Under the pieces are notes generated by a model. It did no database searches. It worked only from the letters and a program-made list of their open reading frames with translations, and had not been told where the DNA came from. Of a stretch of DNA of 64,000 nucleotides, positions 45,488 to 55,448 are shown in pieces. The translations under genes were made by a program, and so were the position numbers. Every line of letters begins with the position of its first letter. The stretch's first letter is position 1. Source of the DNA: Candidatus Micrarchaeota archaeon (lineage in GTDB: Archaea > Micrarchaeota > Micrarchaeia > Anstonellales > Bilamarchaeaceae); the NCBI GenBank assembly GCA_043812915.1, contig JBDRLQ010000016.1:36318-100317 (forward strand), in the 5' to 3' direction.

Positions 45488-46402
45488 TCAGAGGTTGACC
45501 TTCAGGCCAAGCTCCTTCTTCAGCTCCCTATACCTGTTCCGGATTGTGACTTCCGTTACGCCCGCGACATCGGCGACTTCCTTCTGCGTCTTCTTCTCGC
45601 CATGCATCGCGCTTGCGATATACAGGGCCGCGGCCGCAACTCCGGTCGGGCCGCGCCCGGAAATCAGGCCTTTGCGAAGAGCTTTCTTGATTAGCTTCAC
45701 CGCCTCCTGCTGCACATCCCCCCCAAGCTTGAGCGCTGTTGCGAATTTGGGCACGTACTGGGCCGGGTCGGTCAAAGGAACATCGACATCCAGCTCGCTT
45801 TTCAGGAACCTGTAGGCACGCCCGATTTCCTTCTTCTCGATTCCAGAAGCCCTGGAAATCTCATCAAGCGTACGCGGGATTCCCTGTATCCTGCAGATTG
45901 CGTAGATGACTGCCGCGACAACGCTCTCAATGAGCCTTCCGCGGATTAGCTCGGCCTTCACCGCCTTCCTATAAAGCAGCGCCGCACTCTCCTTGATGTT
46001 CTCAGGGAGGCCAAGTGATGAGGCGACCCTGTCAAGCTCAGCAAGGGCGATGACCAGGTTCCTCTCCATTGAAGTGGCGATGGATACTCTCTTGTGCCAT
46101 TTCCTCATCCTGTACAGCTGGGCCTGTTTCTTCGGCGAAATCTTTCCGCCCCGGATGTCCCTATTGTACTGGTCTATCTCGGTAACAAGGCCCTTGTTCG
46201 GCCTCATGTACTTGATAGGGGCACCGCCACGCGCTTTCTTTTCTTTCTGCTCAGCGTCGAAAGCACGCCATTCAGGACCAAGGTCCTGGATGTTCTCCGC
46301 GATGATAAGACCGCAGGAGGCACACAGAAGCTCACCCTTTTCATAATCTCGGATAAGCCTTTTGCTGCCGCATTCTGGGCATTTTGTTGACGTAGTTCCC
46401 AT
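45488..46402 (-). CDS. tfb: transcription initiation factor IIB
   Basis: CPECG...CASCG zinc ribbon, GPEWRAF, two cyclin repeats, VTEVTIRNRY. Confidence 0.98.
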   Translation of the reverse strand: MGTTSTKCPECGSKRLIRDYEKGELLCASCGLIIAENIQDLGPEWRAFDAEQKEKKARGGAPIKYMRPNKGLVTEIDQYNRDIRGGKISPKKQAQLYRMRKWHKRVSIATSMERNLVIALAELDRVASSLGLPENIKESAALLYRKAVKAELIRGRLIESVVAAVIYAICRIQGIPRTLDEISRASGIEKKEIGRAYRFLKSELDVDVPLTDPAQYVPKFATALKLGGDVQQEAVKLIKKALRKGLISGRGPTGVAAAALYIASAMHGEKKTQKEVADVAGVTEVTIRNRYRELKKELGLKVNL

Positions 46403-46543
46403 ATAAATCCTCCCGATTAGCTAAAACTTTATAAAGTTAGCGTCTATTTTAATAGACATACTAATTTAAATACTTTTCGGCTCTCTCCTCGAAGGCCACC
46501 GACGTAAAAACAGGTTCATGGACAAGCTCAGATATTAATTGTT

Positions 46544-47815
46544 TTATCTATTGAAGATGTCTTCCGCGGTTTTCTGTGCCCTTTCAAGCACCCCTCCCAC
46601 GGCGCTTTTTATCATGCCGCCCTCCATGATCAGCCGCCCATTGATAATCACCTCGGAGACATTCCGTGGTCCGGCGGAATAGACGATATTCGCAATGATG
46701 TCATGCTCTGGTCTCATATTCGCCGCCCGCTCCAGCAATACGATGTCCGCCAGCTTCCCCTTCTCCAGAGAGCCGCAGTCCCAGCCAAGGGCCGCAGCGC
46801 CGTTCCTGGTGGCGAAATCCAGCGCCTTCTGCGCCCCCAGGGTCTCGGCCTTCCAGTACTTGTGCTTCTGCAGTAATGAGCACATCTTCATGCTCTCGAA
46901 CATGTTCAGCGAGTTGTTGCTCGCCGCGCTGTCGGTCCCAAGCGTGAAATTGGCGCCTGCGGCGTCATATTCCGTAGTTGGGCATATCCCTCCTGTGGCC
47001 AGCTTCAGGTTGCTTATGGGGCAGGAGCAGATATTCGCCTTCCTCTTCCCCGCAAGCGCAATCTCCCTCTTGCTCACCCATGATGCGTGCACGAAAATGG
47101 AATTGCTGTCCATCACGCCAATGGAATCAAGGTATTCCAGCGGCGCCTTTCCCTGGGTCTTCATCAAGTCAAGCACTTCCCTGCGCGTCTCGCTGACATG
47201 CAATTGATACTTCATCCCGTTCCTGTCGGCAAATTCCTTAGCCGCAACAAGGAGCTCCTCGCTGCACGTATACGGTGCGTGGGGCCCGATGGATGATTTC
47301 ACGAGCGAACTCCCAGGATAAACTGCCTTCTTCATTGATGCAAGTTCGCTTTCAGTTGTCCGTCCGGGGACCTTGTCGAGCAGCCCTTGGGCAACTATGC
47401 CGCGAACTCCAATCCCCTCGGCGGCTTCCTTGATTTCCTTTGCACCGGTTATGCACATCTCACCAAAACACGTCGTCCCGCCTTGCAGCATCTCGATTAA
47501 TGAAAGCTGCGCTGACACTAGCGCGTCATCAGGCGTCTCCCTAGCCTCTATTGGCCAGATTTTCTTCTCAAGCCAGTCATGCAGGGGCAAATCCTCCCCA
47601 TACCCGCGGAAGATGGTCATAGCCATGTGGGTGTGCGAATTGACCAGCCCTGGCATCGCGATTTTGCCACTGGCCTCCAGCACAAGCTCTGCCTTTTCAT
47701 CAATGGATGGAGAGATCCTCGCAATCTTCTCCCCCCTTACAAGTATGTCGCCCTTCAGCACGTCCCGCTTTTCATTCTGGGTCACAATCGTGGCGTTCTT
47801 TATGAGAATATCCAT
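46544..47815 (-). CDS. mtaD: 5'-methylthioadenosine/S-adenosylhomocysteine deaminase-like amidohydrolase
   Basis: MPGLVNSHTH, PHAPYTCS, HVSET, CPISNLKLATG, GTDSAASNN. Confidence 0.85.
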   Translation of the reverse strand: MDILIKNATIVTQNEKRDVLKGDILVRGEKIARISPSIDEKAELVLEASGKIAMPGLVNSHTHMAMTIFRGYGEDLPLHDWLEKKIWPIEARETPDDALVSAQLSLIEMLQGGTTCFGEMCITGAKEIKEAAEGIGVRGIVAQGLLDKVPGRTTESELASMKKAVYPGSSLVKSSIGPHAPYTCSEELLVAAKEFADRNGMKYQLHVSETRREVLDLMKTQGKAPLEYLDSIGVMDSNSIFVHASWVSKREIALAGKRKANICSCPISNLKLATGGICPTTEYDAAGANFTLGTDSAASNNSLNMFESMKMCSLLQKHKYWKAETLGAQKALDFATRNGAAALGWDCGSLEKGKLADIVLLERAANMRPEHDIIANIVYSAGPRNVSEVIINGRLIMEGGMIKSAVGGVLERAQKTAEDIFNR

Positions 47816-47875
47816 TCCAACCAGCGCATAAAGGCATGCAGCCAATGTTTTATATTATTAGGATAAATGAAAAAG

Positions 47876-49072
47876 CTAAATGCCGGGGAATTTCTTCTCA
47901 TTCTCCTCAAGCGCCCTAAGACCGGGAAGCTCCTTGCCGCAGAGATACTCAACCAGCGCCTTGCCTGAGAGGCTCACATAGCTGAAGTACCTCTTGTCTA
48001 TGTTGAACTTCTCGATGGCGGCAAGCGTGTGCCCCCCTCCAAGGAGGGAAAAAGCGTCGCATTTGGCAATCGCATTGAGAATCTCGCGGGTACCTTTCTC
48101 GAACTTCTCATTCTCATACACGCCCATCGGGCCGTTCATCACGATTGCGTGGGAGTTGTTGATGACCTCAATATAGCGCTCAGTGGTCTTGGGGCCGATA
48201 TCCTGAATCTGCCCGCCATCCACCTCAGCGACCTTCTTCTCGACCCGCTCGCCATCGACGTTCATAGCCACATCAAGGGGCAATTTTATCTTGCCGTTAT
48301 AAGTGTCAATCAGCTTCTTCGCCCGCTCCGCATATTCAAGCAGCCCGGACTCCTCAAGGTATTTCATTGAGCTGCCGACGTTCTTCCCGCTGGCATGCAG
48401 CATGAGTATTGAAAGCGCGCCGCCAACCAGAATCTCACGGGCGCGGTTTGAAGCTAGCCACTCCTCCATCACGGTAAAGGAATCCCTTACCTTGGAGCCT
48501 CCGAAAATGAATATCACGTCCCGGCTGTCCCTCACGCTTTCGACCGCCTCCGCCTCGGCGGAGAGCACATCCCCTGCAAAGCAGGGCAAAGTGTTGCAGA
48601 ATCCGATTACGCTGGAATGCGGCCTATGGGCAACGGAAAGGGCGTCAAGCACGAACCAGTCCACCAAAGGAGAGAGCTCATGGACAATCTTCCCATAGCC
48701 ATCATCATTCTCGGTCTCGCAGGTCAATTGCCGGACATTGTCAAGAAGGAGCACATGGCCATCCTCCATCCTGGAAATCGCCTTCTTGGCATTCTCCCCA
48801 ATTACATCATCAACAAAATAAACATCCCTCTCAATCGCCTTGTGGAAGTACTTGGCGTGCTGCTCAAGGCTCATGAAATCCTTGCTGCCGCGCCTTCCCT
48901 GGTGCGCGAGTACTATCACCTTGGCTCCGCGGTCGCTAAGCTCCCGCACAGTAATCGCATGCGCAAATATCCTGGCAGTAGGAACTATGCTGCCTCCCTC
49001 TATGGGTGAATTCAAATCCACCCTGACAAGAACCTTCTTCCCCCTGACGTCCGCTTCACTTATCCTTCTCAT
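47876..49072 (-). CDS. pgk: phosphoglycerate kinase
   Basis: VLVRVDLNSP, AHQGR, AHR, GGSKV, DIGPKT, NGPMGVYE, GGGHT. Confidence 0.96.
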   Translation of the reverse strand: MRRISEADVRGKKVLVRVDLNSPIEGGSIVPTARIFAHAITVRELSDRGAKVIVLAHQGRRGSKDFMSLEQHAKYFHKAIERDVYFVDDVIGENAKKAISRMEDGHVLLLDNVRQLTCETENDDGYGKIVHELSPLVDWFVLDALSVAHRPHSSVIGFCNTLPCFAGDVLSAEAEAVESVRDSRDVIFIFGGSKVRDSFTVMEEWLASNRAREILVGGALSILMLHASGKNVGSSMKYLEESGLLEYAERAKKLIDTYNGKIKLPLDVAMNVDGERVEKKVAEVDGGQIQDIGPKTTERYIEVINNSHAIVMNGPMGVYENEKFEKGTREILNAIAKCDAFSLLGGGHTLAAIEKFNIDKRYFSYVSLSGKALVEYLCGKELPGLRALEENEKKFPGI

Positions 49073-51107
49073 CCGTCGCACCTTTCTTCTTCCAGCTGGC
49101 CTTTGACGGGCACTCGGGGTCAATGCACATGCTGAAATTCATACGCCCTCTCTTGACATGCACCATCGGCTTGTTGCATGTGGGGCAGGGTTTTTCCAAA
49201 ACCTTCACCCAGGCCCCGGTTGGAAGCGGGTATGCATTCCTGCAGTTGGGGTATCCTGTGCAGCCGATGAACTGCTTCTTGTTTGGCAGGTGGATTATGC
49301 GCAATTGCTTGCCGCACTTATCGCATTCCCCGACCATGTTCTCCTTCTCCTGCGTTACCTTCAGGGCGCCGACAATCTCATTCCCTATCTGCACCTCGTG
49401 CTTCTTCCAGCGGTCAAGGAGCTGGGTGAGCATTTCCCTGCCTTCCTTGATGACCTCATCCTTGTCGACCTTCCCGTTCTGGATGCCATCCATCTTCTCC
49501 TCAATACCCCGGGTCAGGCCCTCATCAAGTATCTCAGGCGCGTATTTCTTCAGGACGTCATTCACCTTCAGCCCGAAGTCGGTCACCTCAATCGACTTTC
49601 CGTCGATGTAGTCCCTCTTGAATAAAGTGTCAACGATGGACGCGCGCGTCGCCTTGGTGCCAAGGTGCCTCTTCTCCAGCTCAGAGACGATTGAGGCCTC
49701 AGTGTATCTTCTGGGGGGCTTGGTCTCCTTCTTGGTCTTCTTGTTCTTTTCCACCTTGTGCTCATCGCCCTCAGTGAATTCCGGGATGTCCTTGTCCTCC
49801 GCCTTGTAGTGGCTGCCGTAGAATTCCGTCCATCCGGGCTCGGTCATCAACGAGCCCGTTGCCTTGTAAATCTGCCCTCCGGCATCCACATCGACATGCG
49901 TCCTCTGTTTCTTTGCCGAAGGGGCGAAAGACGCGAGGAACCTCCTGACAATCAGGTCATAAAGCTTGGACTCGGGAGCCCCCATCTTCCCGCTCTGGCC
50001 GGTCGGGTGGATTGCCGGGTGCGCCGGGTCATCCTTACTTCCCTGCAGCGGCTTTGTCCAACTGTTTTCCTGGATTTTTGAAACGAGCTTGCCGTAATCC
50101 GGGTTGCTGCCAAGTTTCTTCAGTATAGGCTCGAGCTTGATGCTGGGAGGAATCCTCTGCGAGGATGTTCTTGGATATGTAATCAATGAGCTCTCATACA
50201 GGTTCTGTGCAATCTGCAGCGTCCTTGAGGGGGGGAACTTGAAGAGCCTGTGCGCCTCCACCTGCAGGCTTGTAAGATCGAAGTTCGGATTCGGCTTCAC
50301 TTCAAATTCCTTCCTCTCCACCTTGGAGACCCTGCCTTTTGGTGCTGTCTTGTCCTTTGCCTCATCCGCCTGCTTCTCATCAAGGAATCTGGCGGTCTTG
50401 TGCATGAAAAGCACATTATCAATCATGGCTGATAGCTCCCAGTATGGGGTAGGCACGAACGCTCTTATCTCCTTCTCAAGCTGGGCTAGCACCCCGAGGG
50501 AAGGCCCCTGGACACGCCCTATTGACATCACGCGGTAGCGATCCACCCTCTTGACAGCGCTCATCAGCGCCCGGCTGAGGTTTATTCCGTAGTACCAATC
50601 GAGTATGTGCCTGGTCTCGCCCGCATAGGCGTTGTTGTAGTCGAAGCCCTCCTGGTTCTCATAGGCCCCGAGCAAATCACTGGCGGTCAACGCGGAGAAC
50701 TTCATCCTTCGCCCGTCCTTGATTTTGGTGGCGAACCTGAAGACATTATAAGCTATGGTGCTTCCTTCGACATCGTAGTCGCAGGCAGAGACAAAGGTAT
50801 TGGACTTCTTCGCCAGTTTCTCTATCAGCGTGACATAGGGCTTGGTGTATGCAGCATCCTTGGAAGCCTGATATGCAGGCACCCATTCTATGTCGAATAC
50901 CGGGTAGGTGGACGATTTCTCCTTCTGCACAAGCGTATACACATGGCCGACAGCAGGCGCAATAAGCACCTTCTTGCCCTTTCTGGTCGCCTCATAGTAA
51001 GATATCCTGTCCAGGGACTTCCTCTCCACTTTCTCCCCGATGGCATCTGCAATCTTCTGCGCTACCTTGGGCTTCTCGGCTACGATTAGTTCCATAATAC
51101 CGCTCAT
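49056..51107 (-). CDS. topA: DNA topoisomerase I (type IA)
   Basis: VAEKP, DYDVEG, SIGRVQGP, LITYPRT, HPAIHPT, LGTKATR; two C-terminal zinc ribbons. Confidence 0.97.
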   Translation of the reverse strand: MSGIMELIVAEKPKVAQKIADAIGEKVERKSLDRISYYEATRKGKKVLIAPAVGHVYTLVQKEKSSTYPVFDIEWVPAYQASKDAAYTKPYVTLIEKLAKKSNTFVSACDYDVEGSTIAYNVFRFATKIKDGRRMKFSALTASDLLGAYENQEGFDYNNAYAGETRHILDWYYGINLSRALMSAVKRVDRYRVMSIGRVQGPSLGVLAQLEKEIRAFVPTPYWELSAMIDNVLFMHKTARFLDEKQADEAKDKTAPKGRVSKVERKEFEVKPNPNFDLTSLQVEAHRLFKFPPSRTLQIAQNLYESSLITYPRTSSQRIPPSIKLEPILKKLGSNPDYGKLVSKIQENSWTKPLQGSKDDPAHPAIHPTGQSGKMGAPESKLYDLIVRRFLASFAPSAKKQRTHVDVDAGGQIYKATGSLMTEPGWTEFYGSHYKAEDKDIPEFTEGDEHKVEKNKKTKKETKPPRRYTEASIVSELEKRHLGTKATRASIVDTLFKRDYIDGKSIEVTDFGLKVNDVLKKYAPEILDEGLTRGIEEKMDGIQNGKVDKDEVIKEGREMLTQLLDRWKKHEVQIGNEIVGALKVTQEKENMVGECDKCGKQLRIIHLPNKKQFIGCTGYPNCRNAYPLPTGAWVKVLEKPCPTCNKPMVHVKRGRMNFSMCIDPECPSKASWKKKGATDEKDK

Positions 51108-51263
51108 TCATCCGCCGCTCTTTTGGTCCAGCAGAAATCCATGGCTGCGGATGGGTGATATCACTTAAAAAACAAAAGATTAAAATTGGTGCCGGGCTGG
51201 CATAACCTTTATATATAATTCTCTTCATTCAGTAGTTCGACGTAATATAAATGGTGAATACTT

Positions 51264-53717
51264 ATGGATATCTTCCGTCCTTTTATTGTCCTGGCAATGG
51301 CTTTGGCTCTGGCTGCTGGGTGCCTTTCGGTATTCGGCTGCTCCTCTGATTATGCCCCTGTATGCGGGGCTGATGGGAACACATATGATAACTCATGCCT
51401 CGCCGGGCAGGCTGGCGTTGCCATCGCCCATAATGGCGAATGCGTGGCCGCTCCCGCCTGCACCGAGACGGACCTTGGGAGGGATGTCCTTAAACAGGGG
51501 ACAACTGCCCTTGAGAGCGGAACCGCGTTTGAGGACAATTGCATTAACCAAACTACAGTCATGGAATTCTACTGCGAGGATGGGAATGCGCAATATGAGT
51601 ACCTCCTCTGCCCAGCCGGCTACCTATGCACCGGCGGCTCCTGCGTGAAGGTAGCCGGGGCGCCAGGCGCCACTTGCGATGACAGTGAGCTCACGAACAG
51701 CATCTATTCGGCTGGCAAGGTGAGCGTTGTTGACGCTGCAGGCGAGACAATACTCGCGGATGCCTGCGTTAATGATAATATCATCATGGAATACTCCTGC
51801 GATGGCAACAAAGCAGTTTCAAAGAGCTCGGCATGTCCATCAGGGTACACCTGCTTTGAGGGCGCGTGCCAGGCTATGGGCGCATGCTTCGACAGCGACG
51901 GGGGTGGCAGCGGCGGGATGTACGTTTCTGGCACTGTGTTCAGCGAATTCGGAAGCTACAGTGACTACTGCACCTCGGGAACAGTGGTGAACGAATATTC
52001 ATGCGTTTCCGACAGCCGGGTTTCGGATACAATCGCATGCCCGTCAGGATATCTCTGCCGAAGCGGCGCATGCGTCTCAGAGGACGACTGCTATGACAGT
52101 GACGATGGGCTCAACTATTATGCCAAGGGCACAGCCGAAGTGCACGGGATTGACGAAGTAGACTATTGCACCGATTCCGACACTGTCCGCGAATACTACT
52201 GCGGCAGCGGGGATGAGATTCTATCGGCAACATACTCCTGCCCTGGGGGCTATGAGTGCTCAAGCGGCCGCTGCGCTCGTGAAGGCTCTGGCGGAGCATC
52301 ATGCACTGACAGCGACGGCGGTCACATATACGCAGCCATCGGGACAACCTCCACTACGGATGGGGATGTCGGGCGTGATGTCTGCCTGAGTTCCGGGCTC
52401 CTTCGGGAATACTTCTGTGATGGTGATGATCTCGATAGCGAAACCTACAGCTGCCCGCTCGGCCAGGAGTGCAGCGGAGGGCGCTGCGTGGCGGCAGGCG
52501 AGGAAGTGACATGCGATGACTCTGACGGGCTTGACTACTACACGGTCGGATCCGTGTTCGTAACCGGGGATGGTCTTCCGGCCTTTGATTACTGCGAGGA
52601 TGGGGATATCCTTAGGGAATATGTATGTGATGGCTCTGAAAGGGACTATGAGAGCCATGCCTGCGAATCAGGGATGTGCCGCGAGGCCCGGTGTGTAGAG
52701 ATGACCTGCCAGGACACTGACGGCAGGGATTATTCCGTCCAAGGGGCATACGGCCATTATTATGACGGGATGGGCATGCTGGAAGAAGAGAGATGTGCTG
52801 ATGTCTCCACTGTTATGGAATACTACTGCTCAGACGGTGTGCTCACCATGGACCGCCACGACTGCGCTACGGATGAAGTCTGTTCTGACGGCGCCTGCGT
52901 TGAGGCAGACATCTGTGCTGATTCCGATGGCACGAGCACCAATACCAAGGGCACGGTCACCTTTGGTACTGAGAGCAGGACCGATTACTGCACCGAATTC
53001 GGCCAGATTGTGGAGTGGGTGTGCAGGGCCGATCCTGCCGACGGCTTCCAGGCGCTGGTCGCGGTGAACTGCCCGTCCGGCAAGTACTGCGATGATGGCA
53101 GGTGCGTCTCCACCTGGTGCACTGACAGCGACGACGGGAACAACATCGATGTTGCCGGCAGCGTTGCGGATTATCTGGGGCACAGCGATTCCGACGAGTG
53201 CTATGGCGCTGACGGCGCCAGGGTGCTGGAATACTTCTGCGATGCGGATAAAGAACTGGACTTCGAGTATGTTCACTGCCCCTCCGGCTCATCCTGCGTG
53301 GGTGGTCGGTGCCTTGACTATGTGTGCACCGACACCGACGGCGGCGTTGATCCTCTCGAGGGAGGCTCAGCCAGCTCCACTGATGGCAGCAGCGGAGTCG
53401 ATGACTGCTGGGCAGGCGGAATCTACGAGGCATACTGCGCAGCTGACAACAGCGTTGAAAAGGAATGGATTGCGTGCTCTGCCAATTACGAATGCAGGTA
53501 TAGTGCCGGCGGCTCCGCCTGCGTCCCGACCTGTTATGAGGACGCGGAGGGGGATGTGCACTTCGGCAGCGAGTTCCATCCTGACACATGTTCGGGGGAT
53601 CATCCGATAGATTACTACTGCGTGGACGACTATTCGTACGACTACCACTTCATGTCCTGCACGTTCCTCAACATGTGCGTGGGAGGGGAGTGCGTTCCGA
53701 GGCCTCCGGCGCCATAG
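51264..53717 (+). CDS. lipoprotein with a Kazal-like domain and ~11 Cys-rich CxDSDGG repeats
   Basis: Lipobox LAAGC; CSSDYAPVCGADGNTYDNSC; ~65-70-aa six-Cys repeats. Confidence 0.88.
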   Translation: MDIFRPFIVLAMALALAAGCLSVFGCSSDYAPVCGADGNTYDNSCLAGQAGVAIAHNGECVAAPACTETDLGRDVLKQGTTALESGTAFEDNCINQTTVMEFYCEDGNAQYEYLLCPAGYLCTGGSCVKVAGAPGATCDDSELTNSIYSAGKVSVVDAAGETILADACVNDNIIMEYSCDGNKAVSKSSACPSGYTCFEGACQAMGACFDSDGGGSGGMYVSGTVFSEFGSYSDYCTSGTVVNEYSCVSDSRVSDTIACPSGYLCRSGACVSEDDCYDSDDGLNYYAKGTAEVHGIDEVDYCTDSDTVREYYCGSGDEILSATYSCPGGYECSSGRCAREGSGGASCTDSDGGHIYAAIGTTSTTDGDVGRDVCLSSGLLREYFCDGDDLDSETYSCPLGQECSGGRCVAAGEEVTCDDSDGLDYYTVGSVFVTGDGLPAFDYCEDGDILREYVCDGSERDYESHACESGMCREARCVEMTCQDTDGRDYSVQGAYGHYYDGMGMLEEERCADVSTVMEYYCSDGVLTMDRHDCATDEVCSDGACVEADICADSDGTSTNTKGTVTFGTESRTDYCTEFGQIVEWVCRADPADGFQALVAVNCPSGKYCDDGRCVSTWCTDSDDGNNIDVAGSVADYLGHSDSDECYGADGARVLEYFCDADKELDFEYVHCPSGSSCVGGRCLDYVCTDTDGGVDPLEGGSASSTDGSSGVDDCWAGGIYEAYCAADNSVEKEWIACSANYECRYSAGGSACVPTCYEDAEGDVHFGSEFHPDTCSGDHPIDYYCVDDYSYDYHFMSCTFLNMCVGGECVPRPPAP

Positions 53718-53796
53718 TCCCCTTTTTTCTTTCCTTTCCTTTGCTTTTAACTCAAGGCACAATCTTTTTATTCATTAAGCGAAAGCTAGTCTCACA

Positions 53797-55428
53797 ATGG
53801 TGAAACTGATGAAATCCCTTTATGCCATATTCGCACTGATGCTGATTTTTTCCTCCGGCTGCCTGCAGCCGGATTGCCCCTCTGACTATGAGCCTGTCTG
53901 CGGGGATGATGGGAAGATTTACCCCAATTACTGCTTTGCCGGGCGCTCCGGGGCGAACGTCTCGTATGAGGGCGTCTGCATAGAGCGCAGGGATGGCTGC
54001 AATGAGACCGACCTTGGCAGGGATGTCCTTGTCGGGGGGATTGCGACTTCTGATGCCGGAAGCTTCACGGACAGCTGCGAGGACCCGGTGACCGTTCTTG
54101 AATACTACTGCAAGGATGGCGCAATCGACATGGATTTCGTGCAGTGCCCCGCGGGCCATGTCTGCGAGAATGGCGCCTGCGTCCAGGCGGAGCTTGAGCC
54201 GGCATGCGATGACAGCGACAAGGGCACCGATTATTTTGCCTTCGGAGTCGTCACCTATGATGGAAAGAGCTATCCGGATGCATGCAAAAACGGGGTGCTA
54301 ACAGAATACAAATGCTCGGATGGCCAAGTGGGCAGCGTGGCATACACATGCGGCGAGGGCTGCGCTGAGGGGCGCTGCACAAACCAGAAGTGCACAGATA
54401 CCGAGTACGGGCAGACAATCTATTCCAGCGGAACTGTGAACCTCATTAATGACAGCGGATGGTTCACCTTCCCTGACAAGTGCGTGAGCGAGGATATGGT
54501 GACAGAATATACATGTGATGGCGATGAGATGCGCGCCGCGAACATATCCTGCCCGGACGCGTATGCCTGCTATGGTGGGGTGTGCTATCCTGACAAGGCC
54601 TGCCACGACACTGACTCGGACCACCCGGACGGAAGGTACCAGCAGGGGACTGTTTATTATGACGGCAAGGACTACAAGGACTACTGCATGGACGAGACCT
54701 TGGTTGTGGAATATTCATGCTCAGCTTCGCAGAAAGTGCACGAGGCATATCTCTCATGCCCTGGCGGATATGAATGCTCCAAGGGGGCGTGCGTCGAGCT
54801 GGCGGAATGCGAGGATACTGATGGTGGCAGGGACTACTATGAGCGCGGGACCACTTCGGAGTCAGGAGGTTTCGAGGCGACCGATCAGTGCATGGGGGAT
54901 TCCCGGCTGCTTGAATACTTCTGCGATTCCGGCGAGCTAGTGGATTCCGTCCGCTTTGACTGCCCCTCAGGATACGTGTGCACCTCGGGCGCATGCGTGG
55001 AAGCCTCCCCATGCGAGGACAGTGATGGGGGAACGGATTACTACGAGCAGGGGACCACTGAGATGGAAGGCATCAGTGTGGAGAGCGACTACTGCATCGA
55101 CAATACGGTCGTGGAATTCTTCTGCGACGGCTCAAGGAGCATGGATCAGGTGGAGTTCGCCTGCCCCTACGGGTATGCATGTTCCGAAGGTGCGTGCGTG
55201 AGCTACTGCTCGGATACCGATGGCGGGAATGCTCCCGAGGACTTCGGCGAGGTTTTCTACGGCAGCCACGCGTTCGCGGACTACTGCGTTGAGCGGGAGG
55301 CGCCGTTGCTGGACAAATTGGTGGAGTACTACTGCAGCGTGGACGGCCTGAGCTATGAGACATTCGAGTATTCATGCTCCGGCGGATGCGGCGGAGGGGA
55401 ATGCGCCCCGCTCCTGGTGCCCGAGTAG
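53797..55428 (+). CDS. paralogous lipoprotein with a Kazal-like domain and ~7 Cys-rich repeats
   Basis: Lipobox SSGC; CPSDYEPVCGDDGKIYPNYC; same repeat unit; shares ETDLGRDVL with the upstream gene. Confidence 0.88.
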   Translation: MVKLMKSLYAIFALMLIFSSGCLQPDCPSDYEPVCGDDGKIYPNYCFAGRSGANVSYEGVCIERRDGCNETDLGRDVLVGGIATSDAGSFTDSCEDPVTVLEYYCKDGAIDMDFVQCPAGHVCENGACVQAELEPACDDSDKGTDYFAFGVVTYDGKSYPDACKNGVLTEYKCSDGQVGSVAYTCGEGCAEGRCTNQKCTDTEYGQTIYSSGTVNLINDSGWFTFPDKCVSEDMVTEYTCDGDEMRAANISCPDAYACYGGVCYPDKACHDTDSDHPDGRYQQGTVYYDGKDYKDYCMDETLVVEYSCSASQKVHEAYLSCPGGYECSKGACVELAECEDTDGGRDYYERGTTSESGGFEATDQCMGDSRLLEYFCDSGELVDSVRFDCPSGYVCTSGACVEASPCEDSDGGTDYYEQGTTEMEGISVESDYCIDNTVVEFFCDGSRSMDQVEFACPYGYACSEGACVSYCSDTDGGNAPEDFGEVFYGSHAFADYCVEREAPLLDKLVEYYCSVDGLSYETFEYSCSGGCGGGECAPLLVPE

Positions 55429-55448
55429 GCCATCAGCTTTTTCCAGGC

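Noticed and set aside
51264-55428. Periodic sequence as a CRISPR array or DNA tandem repeat
   Set aside because: The repeats are degenerate protein-level repeats inside ORFs; no identical repeat-spacer pattern and no cas genes
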